Positions 1-9,148 of a DNA stretch of 32,000 nt are shown here, piece by piece. Under the pieces are notes generated by a model. That model saw only the letters and a program-made list of their open reading frames with translations, was not told where the DNA came from and did no database searches. Both the position numbers and the translations under genes were made by a program. This DNA is from Synechocystis sp. PCC 6803 substr. PCC-P (lineage in GTDB: Bacteria > Cyanobacteriota > Cyanobacteriia > Cyanobacteriales > Microcystaceae). The first letter of the stretch is position 1. Every line of letters starts with the position of its first letter. Where the stretch lies: NCBI RefSeq assembly GCF_000284455.1, contig NC_017039.1, forward strand, positions 360,001 through 392,000, in the 5' to 3' direction.

Positions 1-29
1 TATGTGGAGTTCAAATTAAGACTGATTTT

Positions 30-1166
30 ATGGCTAAATCCCGCATTTACTACACTAAGCCCTCAATAACTGAGCTGGAAGTCGAGTATGCTACTGATGC
101 CGCTCGCAATGGCTGGGGCGATCGCTGTTATGAATATATTGTGCGTTTTGAAGAAGTATTTAAAAAATATTTAGGGGTCGAATATAGCATTGCAACTTCT
201 AGCTGTACGGGGGCTTTGCACATGGGGATGGCGGCTCTGGGGATTGGCCCTGGTGATGAGGTGATTTTAGCGGATACGAATTGGATTGCTACGGTGGCTC
301 CCATTGTCCATCTGGGGGCCAAGCCGGTATTTGTGGATATTTTGCCAGATAGTTGGTGTATTGATCCCGTTTTGGCGGAGCAAGCGATTACGCCACGGAC
401 GAAGGCGATTGTGGCGACTCATATTTACGGCAATCTCTGTGATATGGAGGCTTTATTGGCGATCGAGCAACGCCATGGCATTCCGATTATTGAGGATGCG
501 GCAGAGGCGATCGGCTCGGTTTACCATGGCAAGCGGGCTGGCTCGATGGGTAAGTTTGGCAGTTTTTCTTTCCACGGTACGAAGACGTTGACAACTGGGG
601 AAGGGGGGATGTTCGTGACCAATGATCCTGATTTATACGAGACGGTGTTAACGCTCTCGAATCATGGCCGGGCTAGGGGGCAAACGAAGCAGTTTTGGGC
701 GGATATGGTGGGCTTTAAATATAAGATGTCCAATATCCAAGCGGCGATCGGCTGTGCTCAAATGGAGCGCATTGAAGAGTTGGTTAGCCGTAAACGGGAA
801 ATCCTTAGTTACTATAAAGAAAATTTGGAGTCTTTACCGGGGATAACAATGAATCCTGAGCCAAAGGGTATGGTTAATGGTGGATGGATGCCAACGGCGG
901 TATTTAGCCCTGAATCTGGTATTACTCGGGAAAAGTTACAAGTCCTTTTTAAGGAGGCGAATGTGGATGCCCGTGTTTTCTTTTGGCCGTTATCGAGTTT
1001 ATCGATGTTTGATGATAAGCCCACAAATAAGTTGGCATGGGATATTCCAACAAGGGCAATAAATTTGCCTAGTTATCATGATTTGAGTGGCAAGGATATT
1101 AAACAGGTTATTGATTCTATGACAGACAATCTTTATCCGAAAAACGCAAATAGATCAAAAAAATGA
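30..1166 (+). CDS. DegT/DnrJ/EryC1/StrS-family PLP-dependent nucleotide-sugar aminotransferase
   Basis: 378-aa ORF with motifs SSCTGALHMG, DEVILADTNWIATV and FSFHGTKTLTTGEGG (PLP-lysine context). Its stop overlaps the next start (ATGA). Confidence 0.9.
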   Translation: MAKSRIYYTKPSITELEVEYATDAARNGWGDRCYEYIVRFEEVFKKYLGVEYSIATSSCTGALHMGMAALGIGPGDEVILADTNWIATVAPIVHLGAKPVFVDILPDSWCIDPVLAEQAITPRTKAIVATHIYGNLCDMEALLAIEQRHGIPIIEDAAEAIGSVYHGKRAGSMGKFGSFSFHGTKTLTTGEGGMFVTNDPDLYETVLTLSNHGRARGQTKQFWADMVGFKYKMSNIQAAIGCAQMERIEELVSRKREILSYYKENLESLPGITMNPEPKGMVNGGWMPTAVFSPESGITREKLQVLFKEANVDARVFFWPLSSLSMFDDKPTNKLAWDIPTRAINLPSYHDLSGKDIKQVIDSMTDNLYPKNANRSKK

Positions 1167-2188
1167 ATCAACGAATCAAAGTAATGATTGCTGGGATTGG
1201 AGGGGCTTCTCTTGGCACAGAAATTTGTAAGTCCCTCAAACTGGCTAAAATATACGACGTATTTGGATGTGATATTTCTGCTACTGCCTATGGTATGTAT
1301 GAAAATGACTTTTTGAATACCTATCAAGTCTCATCTAGTAACTATGCGAGAAATGTTCTGGATGTTTGTGTTGATGCGGGCGTAAAATGGCTAATCCCAG
1401 GTGGCGAAGAGCCAATGAAACTGTTAGGTCAAGAAACAAAAATGTTTGCTGCGGCAAATATTCATGTGGTAGCAAATTCACCTAGTTTAATATCTATTTG
1501 CTCCAATAAAAAGCGTACTTTTAATAAATTAACTGAGTTAGAAATATCAATTCCTAAAACTATTGCGCTACAAAGTAAATCAGATTTAGACTACATCGGA
1601 TTGCCCTGTATTGTTAAGCCTTCAACGGGAACAGGGGGTAGTGTTTCTGTCTTTTTTGCTGTTAGTTTTGAAGAGGCTATGGTTTATGCTGAGTTTATTA
1701 AACGTAATGGAAGCGAGCCTATCGCTCAAGAATATATTGATATTAACGAGGGCGAATTTACGATTGGTGTTTTGTCTCTTCCCAACCAAAATGTTGTCGG
1801 TTCGATTGCTCTAAAGCGAGAATTGAGCGCCAAATTATCCGTTGCATACCGAGGCCGTGGTGGTATTATTTCTAGTGGCTACTCCCAAGGGTACATTGGT
1901 GAATATCCAGAATTGTGTAAGCAAGCGGAAGATATAGCTAAAGCACTCAATAGTGCTGGCCCTATTAATATCCAAGCAAGAGTCAGGAATGGAAAACTTA
2001 TGCCATTTGAGATTAATCCACGATTTTCAGCATCAACATATCTTCGGGCTATGGCTGGTTTTAATGAAGTTGACATAATGCTTCGGTATTTAGCCTTGCA
2101 AATAGAACCTCAAAAACCGTTAATTCAGACTGGTTGGTATTTGCGTAGTTTAACTGAGCAGTATGTTTCAGAAGAGGCCTTAAGATGA
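1163..2188 (+). CDS. ATP-grasp domain enzyme (carboxylate-amine ligase type) in a sugar-modification operon
   Basis: 341-aa ORF with CIVKPSTGTGGSVSVF, AQEYI..GEFTIGVL and FEINPRFSAST (E-x-N-P-R ATP-grasp signature). Translationally coupled on both sides. Confidence 0.8.
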   Translation: MNQRIKVMIAGIGGASLGTEICKSLKLAKIYDVFGCDISATAYGMYENDFLNTYQVSSSNYARNVLDVCVDAGVKWLIPGGEEPMKLLGQETKMFAAANIHVVANSPSLISICSNKKRTFNKLTELEISIPKTIALQSKSDLDYIGLPCIVKPSTGTGGSVSVFFAVSFEEAMVYAEFIKRNGSEPIAQEYIDINEGEFTIGVLSLPNQNVVGSIALKRELSAKLSVAYRGRGGIISSGYSQGYIGEYPELCKQAEDIAKALNSAGPINIQARVRNGKLMPFEINPRFSASTYLRAMAGFNEVDIMLRYLALQIEPQKPLIQTGWYLRSLTEQYVSEEALR

Positions 2189-3420
2189 AAATACGTTGGA
2201 TTACACCACTTCTAGGTACGGCTGCTTTTAACGCTGTTCAGAATATTACAGATATTACTGTTGTTGATGTTCGAGATCTTGTAGATAAAGCTGGCAATGA
2301 TAACAGTGCTATTTTGCATAAAATTCACCAAGGAGTCGATTTAATTAAGCAAGGTAAGCGCACTGTAATTTGTTGTGACTATGGAATGTCTCGGAGTAAT
2401 GCCATAGCTGTTGGTATTATTACAAACTTGGAAAAAATCCCTTTTAACCAAGCTCTGCGTCAAGTTCAAGAAGCTACTGGCGAAGCAGAAATTAAGCTTG
2501 ATCCACTCAACGCAGTTCGTCAAGCTTTAGGAGTGAATATTAAAAAAGAAAAGTGTAGTCAATATAGAAATATTTTAATCACAGGGGGGAGGGGATTCAT
2601 AGGCACAGCCTTGCAAGGTGCTTTAATTAATAGTGAATTTAGGTTAATATCTCCAACTCGTGAGCAGATTGACATTTTTGCTGGGAGTACAAAGCTTGAT
2701 TTATTGGCCAGTGAAGAAAATATTGATTGTATTGTTCACTTGGCAAATCCCAGAGTTTATACTTCCAACGTTGCGATGGGACAAACTCTAACAATGTTGC
2801 GTAATGTTATTGATGTATGTCTTGCAAAAGATATTCCCTTGATTTATCCATCTAGTTGGGAAATCTATTCTGGATATGCTGGCACAATTCATGCTGACGA
2901 ATCTACACCAGCATTGCCTCGTGGTCCATACGGAGAGACAAAATATTTAGCAGAAATATTAATAGATCATTGTCGGCGTACTCGTGGCTTACGTTGTGCT
3001 ATCTTGCGATCTAGTCCAGTTTATGGCTCAATGTCTGACAAACCGAAGTTTATATTTAACTTCTTTAAAAAAGCGAGTCAAGGGCAGAAAATAGTTACCC
3101 ATCACTATATCAATGGCAATCCCAAATTAGATCTCCTTCACATCGATGACCTTATATCGTCTATCGTTGCGACCCTCAAGTCTAGGTTTATCGGTAATCT
3201 TAATATAGGAACTGGACAATTAAGTTCAACCTTGAAAATTGCCGAGATGATTAGAGATGAGTTAGGCAGTTCTAGTATGATCCAACAAATAGAGGTAAAT
3301 ACAGAAGTTGCATCAATTGCAATGAATTATGGGCGAGCTAATCATGTTTTAGATTGGGAGCCTGTAATTTTCTTTGAGCAAGGTTTAAAGTCCCTTCTAC
3401 ATCAAATTTCCACCAACTAA
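2185..3420 (+). CDS. Fusion protein: N-terminal dual-specificity-phosphatase-like domain plus C-terminal NAD-dependent epimerase/dehydratase (SDR)
   Basis: The N-terminal ~115 aa carry VICCDYGMSRSNAIAVG (C-x5-R-S P-loop). The C-terminal part has ILITGGRGFIGTAL (Rossmann GxxGxxG) and YGETKYLAE (YxxxK). Confidence 0.75.
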   Translation: MKIRWITPLLGTAAFNAVQNITDITVVDVRDLVDKAGNDNSAILHKIHQGVDLIKQGKRTVICCDYGMSRSNAIAVGIITNLEKIPFNQALRQVQEATGEAEIKLDPLNAVRQALGVNIKKEKCSQYRNILITGGRGFIGTALQGALINSEFRLISPTREQIDIFAGSTKLDLLASEENIDCIVHLANPRVYTSNVAMGQTLTMLRNVIDVCLAKDIPLIYPSSWEIYSGYAGTIHADESTPALPRGPYGETKYLAEILIDHCRRTRGLRCAILRSSPVYGSMSDKPKFIFNFFKKASQGQKIVTHHYINGNPKLDLLHIDDLISSIVATLKSRFIGNLNIGTGQLSSTLKIAEMIRDELGSSSMIQQIEVNTEVASIAMNYGRANHVLDWEPVIFFEQGLKSLLHQISTN

Positions 3421-3432
3421 GAAAGCAAGCAA

Positions 3433-4218
3433 ATGCACCTAAAAACAGAAAAAGAACTACAAGAAGGATTTACGTGGGCTAGGTCTAAAATGTTTGCTGA
3501 TTACAACAGCATTCTAGGCTACTACCAAGCGAAAGCTTGCATAGAGCACTCTCGTGGTGACAGCTTATTAGATATGCCCTGCGGAGATGGAACTTTAACT
3601 TCCCTTTTAGCACCAGCTTTTAAGACTGTTGTTGGTTTAGATGCCTCTAGTCAGCACCTCGCATTAGCCAAAGAAAACATGCCCAGTGCAGAATTTTATG
3701 AAGGCTTGATTGAGGAATTTGAGACTAATCAAAAATTTGACACCATTACAATGCTTAATATTCTTGAGCATGTAGTAGATCCAATAAGTGTCTTACAAAA
3801 AGCGGCTAGCTTGCTGAGTCAAAATGGCATTTTATTAGTTCACGTACCTAATGCCCTAGCTGTAAATCGAAGACTAGCAGTATTGATGGGAACTCTGACT
3901 CACTGCGAAGAACTCTCACCTTTTGATATTCAAGTCGTAGGACATCGCCGTTCCTATTCACTGTCAACTCTCTGCAATGATATTGAACAAGCTGGGCTTA
4001 AAATTAATGCAACTGGTGGTGTATTTTACAAGTCTCTCTCCACTCCTCAAATGGATTGGTTCTTAGCAAATGGACTATGGGAAGAAGGTGGATTTGGTTG
4101 GGGGCGAGTTGGTGGTGAGCAAAAAGACTGGAAAGCAGAATTTTGTCGCGCATCCTATGAGCTAGGTAAACAACATCCTGAAGATTGTAATATTATCTAT
4201 GCTTGTATTACTAAGTGA
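3433..4218 (+). CDS. Class I SAM-dependent methyltransferase
   Basis: 261-aa ORF with LLDMPCGDGTLT (motif I), ITMLNILEHVVDP and GILLVHVPN. Confidence 0.8.
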   Translation: MHLKTEKELQEGFTWARSKMFADYNSILGYYQAKACIEHSRGDSLLDMPCGDGTLTSLLAPAFKTVVGLDASSQHLALAKENMPSAEFYEGLIEEFETNQKFDTITMLNILEHVVDPISVLQKAASLLSQNGILLVHVPNALAVNRRLAVLMGTLTHCEELSPFDIQVVGHRRSYSLSTLCNDIEQAGLKINATGGVFYKSLSTPQMDWFLANGLWEEGGFGWGRVGGEQKDWKAEFCRASYELGKQHPEDCNIIYACITK

Positions 4219-4246
4219 TTAACTTATTCAATTAAGAGGTAATTCA

Positions 4247-4996
4247 GTGAATCCATTAGACTCTTTTAAATCTCAAGTTGAAGCAAATGTTACGGGACTT
4301 GGAGCGGACAAAGATATTCAGGCGCTATCTCGAATATGGTCGCGTGAAACTAATCGAAATGGTTACACTTATAACTATTCATGGCTAGGCCGCCCCATTA
4401 TTCAATATCCCCAAGACATTATGGCCATGCAAGAGTTGATCTGGTCAATTCAGCCAGATTTAATCATCGAAACGGGCATTGCCCACGGTGGATCGCTGAT
4501 TTTTTCGGCTTCCATGTTAGAACTCAATGCTATTTCTGGTGGTCCCCAGGATGCAGAAGTGTTGGGTATAGACATTGACATTCGTCAACATAATCGGGAA
4601 GCCATTGAAGCCCATCCCATGGTTAAGCGCATCTCCATGATCCAGGGTTCTAGCATTGCTCCAGAAATAATTGAACAAGTTAAAGCTAAAGCCGAAGGCA
4701 AACAAAAAATTCTCGTTTGTCTGGATAGTAATCACACCCATGATCATGTGCTGGCAGAATTGGAAGCCTATGCTCCCCTAACCTCCGTGGGTAGTTACTG
4801 CGTCGTATTCGATACAGTAGTCGAAGATCTGCCTGACGAGATGTTTGGCGACAGGCCCTGGGGCGTGGGGAATAATCCCAAGACAGCGGTGTGGGAATAT
4901 CTCAAAACCCATCCTGAATTTGAAATTGACAAGAGCATCCAGCACAAATTGTTGATTACTGTGGCTCCCGATGGCTATTTGAAGCGGTTAGGTTAG
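4247..4996 (+). CDS. CmcI/cephalosporin-hydroxylase-family protein (methyltransferase fold, sugar O-methyltransferase-like)
   Basis: 249-aa ORF with WLGRPIIQYPQDIMAMQELIW..PDLIIETGIAHGGSLIF, typical of the CmcI family. GTG start preceded by AAGAGG 7 nt upstream. Confidence 0.8.
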   Translation: MNPLDSFKSQVEANVTGLGADKDIQALSRIWSRETNRNGYTYNYSWLGRPIIQYPQDIMAMQELIWSIQPDLIIETGIAHGGSLIFSASMLELNAISGGPQDAEVLGIDIDIRQHNREAIEAHPMVKRISMIQGSSIAPEIIEQVKAKAEGKQKILVCLDSNHTHDHVLAELEAYAPLTSVGSYCVVFDTVVEDLPDEMFGDRPWGVGNNPKTAVWEYLKTHPEFEIDKSIQHKLLITVAPDGYLKRLG

Positions 4997-5022
4997 TTCT
5001 TGTTTAAAGGTAGTCACTTTAC

Positions 5023-5040
5023 CTAGATTATCTAGATTAT
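5023..5040 (+). promoter_or_regulatory. Tandem direct repeat CTAGATTAT x2 (contains palindrome TAGATTATCTA); candidate operator/promoter region of the TA operon
   Basis: A perfect 9-nt tandem duplication about 40 nt upstream of the antitoxin ATG (5077), followed by TATAAA. Assignment is by position only. Confidence 0.3.
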
Positions 5041-5076
5041 TATGTATAAAGAAATGTCGATTTTAGGTAATGAACG

Positions 5077-5283
5077 ATGTACGCAATAGAGTTTGAAGCA
5101 GATCTACAAGATGGTGTTCTTACAATTCCAGATCATTACAAATCTCTGAAAAATCAGCATGTACGTGTAGTCATTATGCTAGATGGCCATGGTAATGAAT
5201 TGGAACTACGGGCCTTATCAGATCATTCAGCAACATTGATTGATGAATGGCATGATCCCTCCGAGGATGATGTATGGATCTGA
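5077..5283 (+). CDS. Putative type II antitoxin (small acidic-tailed protein upstream of a MazF/PemK-like toxin)
   Basis: 68-aa ORF whose stop overlaps the start of the downstream toxin-like ORF by 10 nt. Acidic C-terminus (DEWHDPSEDDVWI). Assignment is by context. Confidence 0.6.
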   Translation: MYAIEFEADLQDGVLTIPDHYKSLKNQHVRVVIMLDGHGNELELRALSDHSATLIDEWHDPSEDDVWI

Positions 5284-5621
5284 AGCAGGCAGAAGTCGTC
5301 CTATGCGAGTTCTATTTTTCTGACCTCAAGCAGAATAAACTAAGGCCCGTTGTTGTTTTTAAGGACAATTTGCCCTTCGATGATTTTGTTGGAATGCCGG
5401 TGAGTAGCAGGGTAGGTCAATTAAATGACGATGAAATCGTGTTGGATGAGTCGGATTTTATTGAGGGCCTTCTGTCCAAGTGCTCCAAAGTGATGGTGAG
5501 AAAAATATTCGTCATCTCAAAACAGGTTGTCATCAAAAAGCATGGTACGCTCTCTACCCAAAGCTTTAGTAAACTTCATCTGACTTTCTGTAGGTATTTT
5601 GGATGTGAAAACCAGTCTTGA
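5274..5621 (+). CDS. PemK/MazF-like type II toxin
   Basis: 115-aa ORF. The N-terminus AEVVLCEFYFSD....LRPVVVF..........GMPVSS resembles the MazF/PemK SH3-like fold signature. Paired with a small upstream ORF. Confidence 0.6.
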   Translation: MDLKQAEVVLCEFYFSDLKQNKLRPVVVFKDNLPFDDFVGMPVSSRVGQLNDDEIVLDESDFIEGLLSKCSKVMVRKIFVISKQVVIKKHGTLSTQSFSKLHLTFCRYFGCENQS

Positions 5622-5691
5622 ATTTAAGATTGGCAAAAGTATTCAGCATAAACTGTTGATCACCGTTGCCACCGATGGGCGCATAAAATGA
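5620..5691 (+). pseudogene. Orphan 3-prime remnant of a second, diverged CmcI-family gene
   Basis: It reads EFKIGKSIQHKLLITVATDGRIK*, against the intact gene tail EFEIDKSIQHKLLITVAPDGYLKRLG* (4916-4996). About 46 of the first 60 nt are identical, and most differences are third-position. Coordinates +/-1. Confidence 0.7.
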
Positions 5692-5715
5692 ATTCACTAG
5701 ATTTGCTAAAATTCT

Positions 5716-7785
5716 ATGTCCAAAAATGACAAGCCATTAGTCAGCATTGGTATACCAACTTATAATCGAGCAGAAAGCTTAAAACGAGCAATAAATTCTG
5801 CTGTTAATCAGACATACACAAACCTCGAAATTATTATTTCTGATAACTGTTCAATTGACGAAACCCAACAATTGTGTGAGGAACTTTGTAAACTTGACTC
5901 CCGTATAACTTACATACGTCAAGCTAAAAACTTTGGTGCTACTAACAATTTTAGTTTTGTTTTAAAAAAAGCGACTGGAGAATACTTCATGTGGCTGGCA
6001 GATGATGATTGGATTAGTGAAAACTATATTTATGACTGTCAATTTTTTCTTCAAAATAATCATCAGTATTTACTTTGTAGTGGAATTGCCAAGTATTATT
6101 TGGGTGATGATATCCGTATGGGAGAAAATATTTGCCTAGAAGAAAACTCTCCCATAGAAAGGGTGAAAGAATATTTTAATAAAGTTCAAGATAATGGAAT
6201 TTTTTATGGACTTTATCGCAAAGAAGCCGTTCTAAAATTGAGAATTCCTTCATGTTTTGGAGGTGACTGGGTTTTTATCGCTTGCATATTATTACTCGGC
6301 AAAGCCACTACATTAAATACTTGTGTTATTCATAGAGTATTTCAGGAAAAGAGTACAGAAGACTATGCAAAAGAAATTAATTCTAAATATGTGCTGGAAA
6401 AATCTTATCCGTATGCTTTTATCTGTTTTCATTTCTTTTCGGAAATTGAAAGAACCTTGATTTTGCAAAACATATTAACAAAACAACAAAAAATACTCTT
6501 GTTTCTTGATATTTTATTGACTTTAATGCGTCGTTTCGGTCACTTATATTCAATTGAATATGGTTGGTTGAATATCTTTTGCATTCGTAAAAAATTAATC
6601 TCTTTGCTAAAGATAATAATTAGAAATTTCCGCCAATCGTGTTTATATTTCATTGATTCGCTACGAACATTTATTTATAACTTAAAATATACACCACAAA
6701 TGTATCAATTGTATGCATCAAGCAAACAAAAGAATTCTGACTTAAAGAAATTAGCTTTTTTTTCTCCTGTGAAACCAATAAAATCTGGTATATCAGATTA
6801 CTCGGAAGAATTGATTAGATTTCTCTGCAAGAAGTATCAGATTTTCGTCTTTATAGATGACTCATACACAGAAAAACAATGCCCAAACATTGAAAATACT
6901 TTTTACTTAAATCACAGATTATTTCCCATAACCTCAAAGATACTTGGAATCAAGAAAATTGTTTATCAAATTGGAAATAATTATTATCACAACTATATGT
7001 TTAAATATATCAATAAAAACCATGGAATAGTAGTCTTGCACGACGGAATACATATGTCCGGGAATGTCTTGCAGCAACCAGAAAGACATAAGATTGTAGT
7101 ACATAGTCTTTCTGCATCTACCCAGGTAAAGAGTAAGTATCCAAATTTAAGTGTAAATGTAATTAGTCTTCTCATGAGTTTGCCTGAAGAAAACTTAAAG
7201 CAAGATAAAAATTCACTAAGACATGAATTAAATATTGATATAAATACTTTTGTTTTTGGAGTATTTGGAATTATATCTGAGCCCAAGATGGTTTACGAAT
7301 TATTATTAGCTTTTTGTCATTCTTTTGTTCAAAATGAGAATGTAGCATTTCTTATGGTCGGCTATGAAATTGCAGATTCAAGAGTACTAAATTTTCTCCG
7401 AGCAAATGAAGATGATAAAAGGCTTGTGTGTAAACTTGGTGTAAGTATGGAAGACTTGTATAAATTCATAAAAGTCACCGATGCTTGTTTTAACTTAAGA
7501 TCTACTTCACGAGGAGAAACATCTAGCTCATTGCTTAGGGTAATGTCTTGCGGTATTCCCGTAATAGCTAGTGATATTGACAGCTTTTCAGAATTACCTA
7601 GCGATGTTCTGCTAAAAGTCTCTCAGAACTTATCTCAAGATGAATTATCTTCCATATTAAAAAAAATTTACAATGAGAAAGACAAGCTCAAAGAAATAGG
7701 TAAAAAAGGAAAATCTTATATTAATTCTTTTCATTCTCCCAGCAAAATTTCTGATATTTATTCTACTCTTATTGAAATAGAATAA
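5716..7785 (+). CDS. Bifunctional glycosyltransferase (N-terminal GT2 domain, C-terminal GT-B/GT4-like domain)
   Basis: 689-aa ORF. N-terminal part: VSIGIPTYNRAESLKRAINSAVNQTYTNLEIIISDNCSIDET and WLADDDW. C-terminal part: RGETSSSLLRVMSCGIPVIASD. Confidence 0.8.
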   Translation: MSKNDKPLVSIGIPTYNRAESLKRAINSAVNQTYTNLEIIISDNCSIDETQQLCEELCKLDSRITYIRQAKNFGATNNFSFVLKKATGEYFMWLADDDWISENYIYDCQFFLQNNHQYLLCSGIAKYYLGDDIRMGENICLEENSPIERVKEYFNKVQDNGIFYGLYRKEAVLKLRIPSCFGGDWVFIACILLLGKATTLNTCVIHRVFQEKSTEDYAKEINSKYVLEKSYPYAFICFHFFSEIERTLILQNILTKQQKILLFLDILLTLMRRFGHLYSIEYGWLNIFCIRKKLISLLKIIIRNFRQSCLYFIDSLRTFIYNLKYTPQMYQLYASSKQKNSDLKKLAFFSPVKPIKSGISDYSEELIRFLCKKYQIFVFIDDSYTEKQCPNIENTFYLNHRLFPITSKILGIKKIVYQIGNNYYHNYMFKYINKNHGIVVLHDGIHMSGNVLQQPERHKIVVHSLSASTQVKSKYPNLSVNVISLLMSLPEENLKQDKNSLRHELNIDINTFVFGVFGIISEPKMVYELLLAFCHSFVQNENVAFLMVGYEIADSRVLNFLRANEDDKRLVCKLGVSMEDLYKFIKVTDACFNLRSTSRGETSSSLLRVMSCGIPVIASDIDSFSELPSDVLLKVSQNLSQDELSSILKKIYNEKDKLKEIGKKGKSYINSFHSPSKISDIYSTLIEIE

Positions 7786-7806
7786 AACTAGTTTACGTTT
7801 CATAAT

Positions 7807-8910
7807 ATGAAAATCTTTTACGATGGTTTAATTTATGCAGCTTACTCCAAGCAATCTGGGGGGATTAGCCGCTACTTTGATAACTTAATAAGTCGATTGC
7901 CAGAAGACTTTTATCCTGGTTTAACCACCGGCAGGGAAAAAACAGGTAGTCATCCCATCCATCCCCACCTTGAATTGTATCGTTTTGACTTAAGGTTTCG
8001 CCCAGGTAGAATTTGTAACTGGGTAAGAAAAGAGTATTTTCAATATCTTTCTGAAAAATATAAACCTCAATTAGCTCACCCAACCTATTATTCGCTTTTA
8101 ACCGGTCGTCGAATTGAAAGCTATCAATGTCCAGTTGTCATTACAGTCCATGACATGATCCATGAAATCTTTGCCGACTACATGGATCCTAATGGTGAGC
8201 AGGCTGAAATTAAGCGAAACGCTATTCTTGCTGCACAGGCAATATTATGCAATTCAGAAAACACAAAGAGAGATTTATTAAATCAATATCCTGCCTTAGA
8301 GAATCGCGTCAGTGTAACCTATTTAGCTACAGAGTTTAGTGAAGATAATATTGACGTTAATGCTTCAGTGCCAACACAACCTTACTTTCTTTATGTGGGT
8401 GCTAGGGGAACATACAAAAACTTTGATCAATTACTACTTGCGTTTCAAAAAGTCACTGCCAAACCCAAATATGCCGACTTACTGCTTTGTGTCGTTGGCT
8501 CACCCTTTGAAAATCAAGAAAAAGAACGCCTTGAATTCCTAGGCTTATCGAAAAATGTCGTCCATTATGGCAGAGCTACAGACGGACAACTAGCCAAGCT
8601 TTATAATCAGAGCATTGCTTTTGTTTATCCTTCCCTTTATGAAGGGTTTGGTATTCCACCTTTAGAAGCCATGGCCTGTGGCACTGCCGTAATTGGATCT
8701 AATGTTTCTAGCATTCCGGAAGTAGTAGGTGACGCAGGGCTACTATTTGATCCCAAATCGATGGATCAGTTAGTTGATCAACTTTTGTATGTTTTAGAAA
8801 ACCCAATAAAACGAGATAGCCTGATTCAAAAAGGTAAAAAACAATGCAAAAAATTTAGTTGGGATAAAACTGCACAACAAACAGTTGAAACATATCGTTC
8901 TCTTCTATAG
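7807..8910 (+). CDS. Glycosyltransferase family 4 (GT-B)
   Basis: 367-aa ORF with PSLYEGFGIPPLEAMACGTAVIGSNVSSIPEVVGDAGLLFDP. Confidence 0.85.
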   Translation: MKIFYDGLIYAAYSKQSGGISRYFDNLISRLPEDFYPGLTTGREKTGSHPIHPHLELYRFDLRFRPGRICNWVRKEYFQYLSEKYKPQLAHPTYYSLLTGRRIESYQCPVVITVHDMIHEIFADYMDPNGEQAEIKRNAILAAQAILCNSENTKRDLLNQYPALENRVSVTYLATEFSEDNIDVNASVPTQPYFLYVGARGTYKNFDQLLLAFQKVTAKPKYADLLLCVVGSPFENQEKERLEFLGLSKNVVHYGRATDGQLAKLYNQSIAFVYPSLYEGFGIPPLEAMACGTAVIGSNVSSIPEVVGDAGLLFDPKSMDQLVDQLLYVLENPIKRDSLIQKGKKQCKKFSWDKTAQQTVETYRSLL

Positions 8911-9148
8911 AATAATTTTAACCAAGTAGGCCATGGCAGTTCAGCGAATGATTAAAATAAAAATATTTCTACTTTGCTTTAAAAGCAAGTATATGCTCTG
9001 ACATTGCTACTTATTGCGGCTCTGACTTCTTTATTGATAGTGATTTCAATTTATAAATGAGAATTCCTAAAGGCGATCAACTCTTAACACCAATCATGCT
9101 AACCGTATAAAATTACGAGAACTTAAATATTTATTTGCGAACGTTTAT

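Noticed and set aside
128-1327. Several 60-100-aa ORFs on both strands inside the DegT gene and the DegT/ATP-grasp junction
   Set aside because: All overlap a strongly supported CDS and have Arg/Trp/Ser-rich off-frame composition.
8945-8985. Possible hairpin (ACTTTGC-TTTAAAA-GCAAGT) after the GT4 gene as a terminator
   Set aside because: The stem is imperfect with a bulge, very AT-rich, and has no following T-tract. Too weak to call.
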